DNA of 64,000 nt from a virus: positions 38,930 through 102,929 of IMG/VR virus record IMGVR_UViG_3300009130_000010. One strand, given 5' to 3'. Below, in pieces: positions 1-8,139 of this stretch. Positions within the stretch are counted from its first letter, which is position 1. Each line of letters begins with the position of its first letter. The notes beneath the pieces are model-generated. The model had not been told where the DNA came from and did not search any database. It was given only the letters and a program-made list of their open reading frames with translations. The position numbers and the translations under genes were made by a program.

Positions 1-593
1 TTGTAACCAGTTGTAGTTGAACTAGGTTGCATCTGTGCTGTTTCTGTATGTTGCGGTGCTGTAACTGTTAAGTTTTCAAAGTTAGGAGCAATATCTTTTA
101 ATACATAAACTTCAGGTTGTTTTCCTTTAGCTTCATTAACAACAACTTTTACCACGTTTTGTGGTTCAACCCAAAACCATTCAAAAGTTTCTGGATCTCT
201 AATAAATGTTTGGTCGCCGTACTTGAGTACGTTGCGAAACATTTTAAAAATTCTTTTATTAAAATCGTTTAAGCTAGTCCAATTTTTAAGTTGTTCTGCT
301 AAAACTTTCATTTCAGTTTCAGTTGGTGCTTCTTTAAAATTAAATGTAAATGGTGTTCCGTTTTCTGGGGACTTCATTGTACAAAATTCTGCTAAAATAT
401 CAATTGCTGTATTAACTTCTGAATCCATATCCATAGATTCATATTGAGCATATCTTTCAATTCTATTCGGGTGACCAATATATACTTCGGGAAGTTGACT
501 TTGATAGTTCTTAAAAGCTAGATCTGGGGTCGAGCCTCTAATAGGACTAATTGTTCCTGTATCTACTGTCTTAAAATATTTTTTCCAACTCAT
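1..593 (-). CDS. gp20: Portal protein (T4 gp20-like), 5' part; runs off the window start
   Basis: Not in the ORF track. Manual translation from ATG at 593: MSWKKYFKTVDTGTISPIRGSTPDLAFKNYQSQLPEVYIGHPNRIERYAQYESMDMDSEVNTAIDILAEFCT..., resembling the N-terminus of large T4-like phage portals. SD-like AAGGA and late promoter CTAAATA upstream. Confidence 0.8.
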   Translation of the reverse strand, partial: MSWKKYFKTVDTGTISPIRGSTPDLAFKNYQSQLPEVYIGHPNRIERYAQYESMDMDSEVNTAIDILAEFCTMKSPENGTPFTFNFKEAPTETEMKVLAEQLKNWTSLNDFNKRIFKMFRNVLKYGDQTFIRDPETFEWFWVEPQNVVKVVVNEAKGKQPEVYVLKDIAPNFENLTVTAPQHTETAQMQPSSTTTGY

Positions 594-630
594 AATATTC
601 TGTTCCTTATCCCTTTATATGGGTATATTA

Positions 631-637
631 TATTTAG
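631..637 (-). promoter_or_regulatory. T4-type late promoter (CTAAATA) for portal
   Basis: TATTTAG on + strand, 38 nt upstream of the portal ATG; same TAAATA core recurs before other structural genes. Confidence 0.6.
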
Positions 638-3367
638 TTACGAATAGTTAGCATCTCTTAATTCACGAATACCAAAACCTGTTTTTTGGTTTACATTCAA
701 GATTTTCGATAAAAGATCTATTTGTTCAAATAATGCCGAATTGCTTGTGTTTAATCCTTGTCCAGTTTCACCTGCTAAACGTGAAACCCCATCATTTAAT
801 TGTTGAAGTAAAGCTACAACACTCATATTACCTGATTTTGTAGCTAAATCATGTGACGGTGTAATTGTACCTGCTGTACTTGGTGAAAATAATTCTGCTC
901 CACGCTCACCTACCCAATAAGGAGTATTCATTCCTACTGGTCCACCGTATTTTCTAAATGGAGCAGTAAGGCCGGCCGACATAATCTCATTGTTTATGTT
1001 GTGGCGTATCCACCACAAATCTCTTTTCTTAGGAGACCATCCTTGGAAAGTACCCATAAAATCTGGGTCCATTTGTCCTGGACCACCATAATGCTGTGAC
1101 GCACCAATACCATTGTTGGCAAAGATTTTTGACATCTCATCAATAGTTGGTGTAACAGTTGCTGGAATAGATCCGCCATTCTGCCACATTAAGTCGATTA
1201 AATTCTTGGCAAAATTACTACTTGCTATTCTATATGAAGAACCATCTCCTATACCCATATCATCTCTAGCAGTAGACCATTGTGTTAACATAGACGCTAG
1301 TGCCGATTTATGACCATAGTTAGCAGTACCATCCTTACCATCAAGTTTAGGTGTAACAGTAGATTGAGCTGTTATTTCTTCTACAGCCGCCGCTGTATCA
1401 ACTCTATTTCTCTCTCTAATTTTAGCAACTATACCTAGACCTTCTTTTTTGCTTCTACCAAATCCCATTAATACAGCTCTAGCATCTTCACCAGATAAAC
1501 CTGATATTTCATCTGAGGACATACCTGTTTTATCTCCTAAAGCAGTAACTTGGTCTCTTAATTCTGAAGTACTTGTGCCTCCCATTAAGAAGTCCCATGG
1601 TGCCGCGGCAACTATACTAAACGAACTATAAAAATCTTGAAAGGTTATTAACATCGAAGCTAAAGAATTTTTTATCCCACTAGCAGATGTTTGGAATGAT
1701 GCAATAGTAGTGCCTAAGTCTGATGTTGGTTTTGTAAGGTCAGAAACTGCTGTTTGGATCGAGTTAATATTATCAAAAAACTCTGTTAAATCTTTTCCTA
1801 CTTCTTCACTAAAACCATACTGTTCAGCTAAATTTGCCGCTGTATCTTGTAGCCCTTGAGCTATCTCACCACTTAATTGATCTAGCTTACCTTTAATTTC
1901 TACAAATGTACCACCAATACCTGTTGCTTCTATACCTTCTTTAATACCTTTCCAAGTTTCTTCTTGGTCTTCTACTGCTTCAGTTTGCTTTTTGATAATT
2001 TGATTACCTTGCTCATTAATTTTCTTAAAACCGCCCGTAGCCAACAAGGCTTGAGTGGCAACATCATTAATACCATACAACCCTTGGAATTCTTTAGATC
2101 TATTAATAACTTGTCCTGACAATCCATGCATATTACTAAAGAATTGTTCTTGTGTTATTTGTCCATTAGCAACTTGTTCCGACCATAAACGTATTTGTTC
2201 AGCCGCTTCTGGATTCGCCGCCATGAATTCTTTTACGCCTGGTGTACCTGCCGCAATTTCTGCCGCTAAACTTCTGCCGGCAAAGCCAGCCATCATAATA
2301 TTATCTACAGCACTACCTGGATCAAAGTATGATCTCATTAACGCCATTGCTTCTTTGGCATCTTGTGTCGCGTAACTTAATGCCAATTCGGCATCTGCTC
2401 TTAATTCCATTTGAGCAATTTCTGACGCTAACTGTTTTCTATTTTTACCTGTTAATGTAACTATCTTGCCTAAGTCTGAGATATACTCTCTATACATCTG
2501 ACTTTGTGTAGCATAACTGGCATTATTGAAATCTGTATTTCTTTGTTGTGAAACCATGTAATCTGCTAATAACTCTGCTTGTTCTTCGAACATAATACCC
2601 ATAGCATATAAGTTACCACCAAATTGATTTTTTGTAATGTCAGCTAACTCGACAAAATGTTTTGTACCAGCTCTAACTGTACCACCAAATACAGCAAAGC
2701 CTTTAGCATTTTGTTGAACTAGTTGTGTGAAAGAATTTAAATTTAATCCTAGACCTCTAATATCTGCTGATATTTTAACAACGTCTGAATGATAATTAGC
2801 ACCCTGTTGAGATAAAGCAACAAATCCATCTGTTACATTTTGAGCATAAGCGGCCACGGCCATTAAACCAGCACCAGCTACGGCAGTCGCACCTTTTACA
2901 ACTGTACCCAATGAACCAATAACAGGTACAGCGCCTGCCATACCTTGAGTTAATTCTTCTGCTAATTCTCCTGCTTGGCTTAATCCTGATTGTGCGGCTC
3001 GACCTAATGTTTCAAAACTCATCGGTCCTCGAACAAGTTGGGTAATTACTGATCCAGTACTCTTGGCAATTTTGCCTAATTCTTTACCTATCTTGTTACC
3101 GATTTCTGTAAATGTCTTTGAGGAAGTTTGTTCGATATCGTCAAATGTTTCAACAACTTTGCCTAAATCAACAGAAGCATTTTTCAGATTTTTAGCCGCT
3201 GTATTCATGGACTTTTCAGTTTCTTTTAATTTTGAAGCCCCGCCGACACCTGATCCTCCAGCAGAACCTTGCCTTTTTAACTCCTCAACAAGCTCTTTAA
3301 GAGTTTCTTCGCTCGCGGCATCATTTAATGTTATCTGATCACCATCTATTTGTATTGTTGTTGCCAT
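638..3367 (-). CDS. Tail tape-measure-like protein
   Basis: 909 aa, helical, A/G/S/Q-rich; C-terminal GGPV...YWVGERGAELFSP motif common at tape-measure C-termini; next to a gp26/51-like pair. Confidence 0.7.
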   Translation of the reverse strand: MATTIQIDGDQITLNDAASEETLKELVEELKRQGSAGGSGVGGASKLKETEKSMNTAAKNLKNASVDLGKVVETFDDIEQTSSKTFTEIGNKIGKELGKIAKSTGSVITQLVRGPMSFETLGRAAQSGLSQAGELAEELTQGMAGAVPVIGSLGTVVKGATAVAGAGLMAVAAYAQNVTDGFVALSQQGANYHSDVVKISADIRGLGLNLNSFTQLVQQNAKGFAVFGGTVRAGTKHFVELADITKNQFGGNLYAMGIMFEEQAELLADYMVSQQRNTDFNNASYATQSQMYREYISDLGKIVTLTGKNRKQLASEIAQMELRADAELALSYATQDAKEAMALMRSYFDPGSAVDNIMMAGFAGRSLAAEIAAGTPGVKEFMAANPEAAEQIRLWSEQVANGQITQEQFFSNMHGLSGQVINRSKEFQGLYGINDVATQALLATGGFKKINEQGNQIIKKQTEAVEDQEETWKGIKEGIEATGIGGTFVEIKGKLDQLSGEIAQGLQDTAANLAEQYGFSEEVGKDLTEFFDNINSIQTAVSDLTKPTSDLGTTIASFQTSASGIKNSLASMLITFQDFYSSFSIVAAAPWDFLMGGTSTSELRDQVTALGDKTGMSSDEISGLSGEDARAVLMGFGRSKKEGLGIVAKIRERNRVDTAAAVEEITAQSTVTPKLDGKDGTANYGHKSALASMLTQWSTARDDMGIGDGSSYRIASSNFAKNLIDLMWQNGGSIPATVTPTIDEMSKIFANNGIGASQHYGGPGQMDPDFMGTFQGWSPKKRDLWWIRHNINNEIMSAGLTAPFRKYGGPVGMNTPYWVGERGAELFSPSTAGTITPSHDLATKSGNMSVVALLQQLNDGVSRLAGETGQGLNTSNSALFEQIDLLSKILNVNQKTGFGIRELRDANYS

Positions 3368-3393
3368 ATTCTAAATTCACCATTATATAGTCA

Positions 3394-3401
3394 TATAAAT
3401 A
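3394..3401 (+). promoter_or_regulatory. T4 late promoter TATAAATA for the gp26-like gene
   Basis: Exact T4 late consensus 48 nt upstream of ATG 3449. Confidence 0.7.
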
Positions 3402-3427
3402 CAATGACTAACTACTATTATTAAATG

Positions 3428-3435
3428 TATTTAGC
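3428..3435 (-). promoter_or_regulatory. Late promoter GCTAAATA for the tape-measure-like gene
   Basis: TATTTAGC on + strand, upstream of ATG 3367. Confidence 0.55.
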
Positions 3436-3448
3436 GGAGAAAAAATCG

Positions 3449-4387
3449 ATGGAAAAAGAAAAACAAAGTTTGGCTGAGGTTTTTGCGCCAGCTGACGAAA
3501 AAGGTGAAAAAGCTCCTATTAAACAACCAAATCCACTACAGGCATACTTTCGTAGGCCTTCAATTTATATTAAATTACCAACAGGTGGAAGGTATAATAC
3601 AGTTGAAGAAATAGAAGTACCACCAAATGGTGAAATTCCTGTTTATCCTATGACAGCAAAGGACGAAATCTTAATGAGAACTCCTGATGCTTTAATGAAC
3701 GGTGCTACTACTGTAGACGTTATCCAAAGTTGTGTACCAGCAATTAAAAATGCTTGGAAATTAACTTCTTTAGATGTCGACCTAGTACTTGTTAGTATTC
3801 GAATTGCTAGTTACGGAGAAACTACTGATGTTAAAGGTGTTTGTCCTAAATGTACTGAAGAAACAACATTTGAACTAGACTTACGAACAATTACTGACAG
3901 AGTATCGTCAATAAAATTTCAAGAAGACTTAACTATAGGTGACTTACAAATAAAGTTTGCTCCATTAACTTATGATACAGCTACTAAAGGAGCACTTAAA
4001 AACTTTGAACAGCAACGTATGGTTCAATCTATTAGTAATACAGATGATCCAAATACTTCAGCAGAAGAAAGGCTTGAAAAATTTCAAAGTGCTTTTCTAA
4101 GATTAACAATGTATAATGTTGGAATTTTAGCAGATACTATTAAAAGTGTTACTACACCAACAGACGTTGTTACTGATCGTAATATGATTTCTGAGTTTGT
4201 AGCAAACGCTGATCATAAAACTTTTAATGCTATTAAAGATCATTTAGGAAAAGAAAAACAACAAACAACTATACCACCAATAAAATTCAAGTGTGATGGT
4301 TTTACTGATCTAGAAGGCAAAAAGACAGCGTGTGATGGCGAATGGGAACAACCATTTACAATAGATAATTCAACTTTTTTCGCATAA
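3449..4387 (+). CDS. gp26: Baseplate hub assembly protein / tail chaperone, T4 gp26-like
   Basis: NPLQAYFRRPSIYIKLP, YPMTAKDEI, IRIASYGE, CPKC and a terminal C...C...FF. Start moved from 3425 to 3449 because of SD GGAG. Confidence 0.7.
   Translation: MEKEKQSLAEVFAPADEKGEKAPIKQPNPLQAYFRRPSIYIKLPTGGRYNTVEEIEVPPNGEIPVYPMTAKDEILMRTPDALMNGATTVDVIQSCVPAIKNAWKLTSLDVDLVLVSIRIASYGETTDVKGVCPKCTEETTFELDLRTITDRVSSIKFQEDLTIGDLQIKFAPLTYDTATKGALKNFEQQRMVQSISNTDDPNTSAEERLEKFQSAFLRLTMYNVGILADTIKSVTTPTDVVTDRNMISEFVANADHKTFNAIKDHLGKEKQQTTIPPIKFKCDGFTDLEGKKTACDGEWEQPFTIDNSTFFA
4375..4381 (+). other. Candidate -1 ribosomal frameshift slippery heptamer T TTT TTC
   Basis: ACT TTT TTC GCA TAA at the gp26 end; the -1 frame is open (TTT TTT CGC ATA AGG CTT TTG GCG...) into ORF 4393..4611. 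Confidence 0.65.
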
Positions 4388-4392
4388 GGCTT

Positions 4393-4611
4393 TTGGCGTT
4401 AAGCAATGAAGAGATTGTTAAATTATTAGACGAATTTGACAAGCAGACAAAAGCCCTAGAAAAAGAACTCTTAGAAATAACCTGGTATATGAGGGGTGGG
4501 ATATCCTATTCTGAAGCTACTGGTTTATCTTCTAGTGAGAGAAGACATATTAACGAAATCATTAAACAAAATATTAAAAACGTTAACGAAACGAAACTTC
4601 CCCTATTATAA
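4393..4611 (+). CDS. T4 gp51-like hub assembly protein; probably the C-terminal extension of a frameshift product
   Basis: WYMRGGISYSEA...ERR motif, immediately after gp26-like; only a TTG start with no good SD. Confidence 0.6.
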   Translation: MALSNEEIVKLLDEFDKQTKALEKELLEITWYMRGGISYSEATGLSSSERRHINEIIKQNIKNVNETKLPLL

Positions 4612-4626
4612 CAAAAACGTTCATCG

Positions 4627-4634
4627 AATAAATA
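4627..4634 (+). promoter_or_regulatory. Late promoter AATAAATA
   Basis: TAAATA core 25 nt upstream of ATG 4659, which has SD GAGGAG. Confidence 0.5.
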
Positions 4635-4658
4635 CTACTGAGTGAGGAGTATTATTAC

Positions 4659-5609
4659 ATGAACTTTCTAAAACTAGTTTTGGCCACTTGTATAGTGGCA
4701 ATGTTGTCTATGTCTGCTTTAGCGGATACGTCAAGTACTGGCGCCACTACAAACACACAAACAGCAACAACAGGATCTAACACTACTATATCAGGTGGTT
4801 ATTCAGCTGAATCAACTACTACATATCAAGATGGTTCAACTAATGATACCACAAGTACTACTAATAATACTACTAACAATAACAACAATACTAAAGTTCC
4901 AGTACCTACAGCGAGTGCTCCAAGCATGAGTGCTTACTCCCAAGATATATGTGCTGTTGGAAAATCAGGTGGAATACAAGCACCTGGATTTGGTATATCA
5001 GGTGGTACTACAACACGTGATATGAACTGTGAACGTATGAAGCTTTCTAAACTGTTGAACGATTACGGTATGAAAGTCGCGGCTGTGGCAATACTTTGTC
5101 AAGATCCAAGAGTGTTTGAAGCTATGGAACAAGCAGGAACACCATGTCCGTTTGAAGGTAGAATTGGTTCTGCGGCAATGGAGCAATGGAAAAAGTATGA
5201 CATTGAAAGACCTGATTACGAAAAATATGTTGAAAAAATGGACGAACGTTTAGAAATAGATGAACGTATTATGAAAGAAGAAGGCGTACTTGAAGAAAAC
5301 GAAACATTAAAAACAGACGTTAAAACTATTAGTAAAGAAAACAAACAGTTACAAAAAGATATTGAAGAATTAAAGAAAATGCAAGAAGAATTAATTAAAG
5401 CTCAAAAGGAAGAAGTTAAACGTCTTACAGCTTTAGTTCCTGAGGTTCATGAAGATGAAGAAGTTCCTGTTGAGGAGGAAATTATACTTCCTAAACCTAA
5501 ACCAAATAACATATTTGTTGAAGAAGTAATTATTGAAGATCTTCCACCAATAGAAGATCCAGAAGACATAACATCAAACCCGTTTGAAATTAAAAATATG
5601 GGTAGGTAA
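4659..5609 (+). CDS. Secreted hypothetical protein (signal peptide, T/N-rich linker, 4-Cys domain, coiled coil, acidic tail)
   Basis: N-terminal MNFLKLVLATCIVAMLSMSALA signal peptide; SAPSMSAYSQDIC...NCER...ILCQD...GTPCP domain; strong SD. Confidence 0.75.
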   Translation: MNFLKLVLATCIVAMLSMSALADTSSTGATTNTQTATTGSNTTISGGYSAESTTTYQDGSTNDTTSTTNNTTNNNNNTKVPVPTASAPSMSAYSQDICAVGKSGGIQAPGFGISGGTTTRDMNCERMKLSKLLNDYGMKVAAVAILCQDPRVFEAMEQAGTPCPFEGRIGSAAMEQWKKYDIERPDYEKYVEKMDERLEIDERIMKEEGVLEENETLKTDVKTISKENKQLQKDIEELKKMQEELIKAQKEEVKRLTALVPEVHEDEEVPVEEEIILPKPKPNNIFVEEVIIEDLPPIEDPEDITSNPFEIKNMGR

Positions 5610-5611
5610 AA

Positions 5612-7372
5612 ATGAATAAGTGGCTCCTTGCTCTTATATTTGTTTTAGCATTAGGTTACACAAATGTTAATGCTGAAACAACTACTACATCATCAGTTAG
5701 TTGCGTTGATACAGATAATACACCTGAAGAAGGTGATACAACTACAGTATGTACAACCACTACTGTTACAACTGTAACCACACCAGAGTCAACTACAACT
5801 ACAACAACTACATCAGAAAATCTTACAAGTTCAGGAGACATATTAACTAACTCAACTTTTGGTGGTCCTGGCACCGGATATGATGCTACAGGCTGGACTG
5901 TTGAAACTAATCCTGGCTACCACTCTGGTACTAACGCCTATAATAATGGAGGAAGTACAGTAGGTGGTGTTGTCGCAAGTGGTGACCAAACAGTTATTCA
6001 TCAAACTGTTTCATCAGTTAAGACAGCAACTGGAATGTCAGAAGCAGAATTACAACATGGCTTCCGTTCAACACTATCAGCAAGATTATGGTTTTGGAAT
6101 GTTAAAACTAATACAATAACACTTAAACAAACTATTACAGACAATAGTGGAAATGCTACTGTACAAACAAGAACTCTTACTGATACAGGTTGTGGAAGTA
6201 ATAACTGTGGTGCATGGGAATCTTTTGATGATACTTACATACAAGGTACCAATACAGCAACCGACTTCTCTATTAAAGCAGAAGTAAGCAACGATGTTCA
6301 TGGTGGCAACTGGCATCAATCAGTACACTACGGACCAGATATTGATGATATAGAATTAAATATACAACACAACGAAATTACAACAACTACAACAACTGTT
6401 CCAGCAAGTTCAACTTCTTCAACAGCAACATCAACAGCAACTACAATAGAATACTGTTGGCAAAAAGTTCCATCGACGTGTGCTGGTAATCAACCAGGAT
6501 TAGATGATGTTGAGGAACAAATTACTGATGCTGTTACTAACATTACAACTGAAGATGTAACTGTTATTGATGTTACAAACTTAGATGTTCAAACTATAGA
6601 AATTGTTGACGTTACAATAGACGAAGCAATAACTCAAGAACTATCAATATCAGAACCAGAAACAACATTTGAAGAAGCATTTAATAATATAATAGAAGAA
6701 GCAGGGTTAGAAGAAACATTCAACGACGCATTAGCAGAAGAAGATATAACTGAACAAGAATTTTTTGACGAAGTTGAAGAAGTAATGGAAGAAGAAATGG
6801 CATCTACTACAGAAGTAGAAACCGAAACAGAAGTTGAAACTGAAACTACGGAGACACCAAATGAAGAAACAACAGAAACAGAAGAAATACAAGAGTCCGA
6901 TAGTGATGTTGAAGAGCAAGTGGAAGGAAGTGGAGAGACCGAACTTGCGGAAACAGATGGTGAAGATGCGAATATTGGAGAAGTTACAGTAGAAGATAAA
7001 GTTGCTGACATACAAGCAAAAATTGAAAAAGTTATTGCTAAAGTAGAAGCAAACTTACAACGTGTAGATTTAAAATTAAAAGCAACTGCCTTTATACTTG
7101 CTAAAGCAATGGTCGACCAACAACCAGATATGTCGGAATATACCCAAAAAGAATTTTATAAAACAGTCCAATTACCCGATAATACAGATTGGTATGCTGA
7201 AGCTACAATTTTAGAAACGTATGGTAGATCAATTTACCAAGATATAACATTGGCGGCTTACCAGGCAACAGATCCTGTTGCCCAATATGAACAAAAGATA
7301 AATACTGTAAATAATAATATCAGCGTATTAGAAGCTGAATTGGAGGTAATGAGAAATGAGCTTAATCAATAA
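5612..7372 (+). CDS. Secreted Thr-rich and Glu-rich protein with a possible jelly-roll domain and C-terminal coiled coil
   Basis: Signal peptide ending VNA; poly-Thr tracts; NSTF...GWT...GPDIDDIEL beta-sandwich-like segment; acidic linker. Confidence 0.7.
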   Translation: MNKWLLALIFVLALGYTNVNAETTTTSSVSCVDTDNTPEEGDTTTVCTTTTVTTVTTPESTTTTTTTSENLTSSGDILTNSTFGGPGTGYDATGWTVETNPGYHSGTNAYNNGGSTVGGVVASGDQTVIHQTVSSVKTATGMSEAELQHGFRSTLSARLWFWNVKTNTITLKQTITDNSGNATVQTRTLTDTGCGSNNCGAWESFDDTYIQGTNTATDFSIKAEVSNDVHGGNWHQSVHYGPDIDDIELNIQHNEITTTTTTVPASSTSSTATSTATTIEYCWQKVPSTCAGNQPGLDDVEEQITDAVTNITTEDVTVIDVTNLDVQTIEIVDVTIDEAITQELSISEPETTFEEAFNNIIEEAGLEETFNDALAEEDITEQEFFDEVEEVMEEEMASTTEVETETEVETETTETPNEETTETEEIQESDSDVEEQVEGSGETELAETDGEDANIGEVTVEDKVADIQAKIEKVIAKVEANLQRVDLKLKATAFILAKAMVDQQPDMSEYTQKEFYKTVQLPDNTDWYAEATILETYGRSIYQDITLAAYQATDPVAQYEQKINTVNNNISVLEAELEVMRNELNQ

Positions 7373-7823
7373 ACTTACAACCTACGCATCATTGATTGGA
7401 GTCATCGGTGCCATTGGAGGAGGCTTTTACGCTTGGGGTGAATTCAACACTCGTTTAACAGCTATTGAAAATAAACAATTTGTAGTAAACGAAACTGTTG
7501 ATCTTACACCAACAAATGATAGAATTTCAGCATTGGAAGTAGATCTAATCGATCGAATAAATGCTTTGAAAGAACAAGTAGAGTCAGGTCAAGAAATTGA
7601 TCTTACTGAAATATCAGAAACTATTGTAGAACTAAACCGTTCATTAACAGCAAAAATAAACGAATCTAGCGATAGTATTAAATCTGATTTAAATGCTATG
7701 AAAGAAACATTAACAGAAGTTGATAAAAAAGTTGCTATAGCATTAAAAGAGAATGAGTTACAAGACGAAAAAATAGAATCAAATAGACTTAAAGCAACAA
7801 ACCCGTTAGCTAACTCAAACTAA
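7356..7823 (+). CDS. Membrane-anchored coiled-coil hypothetical protein
   Basis: N-terminal hydrophobic helix LIGVIGAIGGGFYAW followed by heptads; overlaps the upstream gene; SD GGAGGT. Confidence 0.7.
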   Translation: MSLINKLTTYASLIGVIGAIGGGFYAWGEFNTRLTAIENKQFVVNETVDLTPTNDRISALEVDLIDRINALKEQVESGQEIDLTEISETIVELNRSLTAKINESSDSIKSDLNAMKETLTEVDKKVAIALKENELQDEKIESNRLKATNPLANSN

Positions 7824-7881
7824 ATTCCATTATTTAATGGCCGTACACCAAATAACATACTTTAATGTTTAGTACAGTCAT

Positions 7882-7888
7882 CTAAATA
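7882..7888 (+). promoter_or_regulatory. Late promoter CTAAATA
   Basis: 7 nt before ATG 7896; no SD. Confidence 0.5.
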
Positions 7889-7895
7889 ATAACCT

Positions 7896-8084
7896 ATGTA
7901 CACAAGATACAACGTGGTTAACAAGCAAACCAAAGATATTTATTGTACGGTTTTTTCGTTAGAAGAAGCCCAGCAAGTTATTGACATGGAAAAAATAAAC
8001 CATCCTCATTGGGAATTAATCGTAGAAAAAATAGAAGTAAGTCCGGTTAAAAATGGTTTTGGCCGTGATCCTGATTTACATTAA
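7896..8084 (+). CDS. Small hypothetical protein (62 aa)
   Basis: ORF with its own late promoter; ends GFGRDPDLH. Confidence 0.6.
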   Translation: MYTRYNVVNKQTKDIYCTVFSLEEAQQVIDMEKINHPHWELIVEKIEVSPVKNGFGRDPDLH

Positions 8085-8139
8085 GAGCTCTTGAGCGACC
8101 AGTCAGAGTTTCCTGAAACATTAATATACTAGTAGAACT

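Noticed and set aside
223-447. Track ORF on the + strand (74 aa)
   Set aside because: Antisense shadow of the portal gene; TTG start and no SD.
4720-4890. ACT/ACA/AAT-rich quasi-repeats here and at 5680-5810 and 6380-6445
   Set aside because: They are codons of poly-Thr/Asn linkers, not a DNA repeat array.
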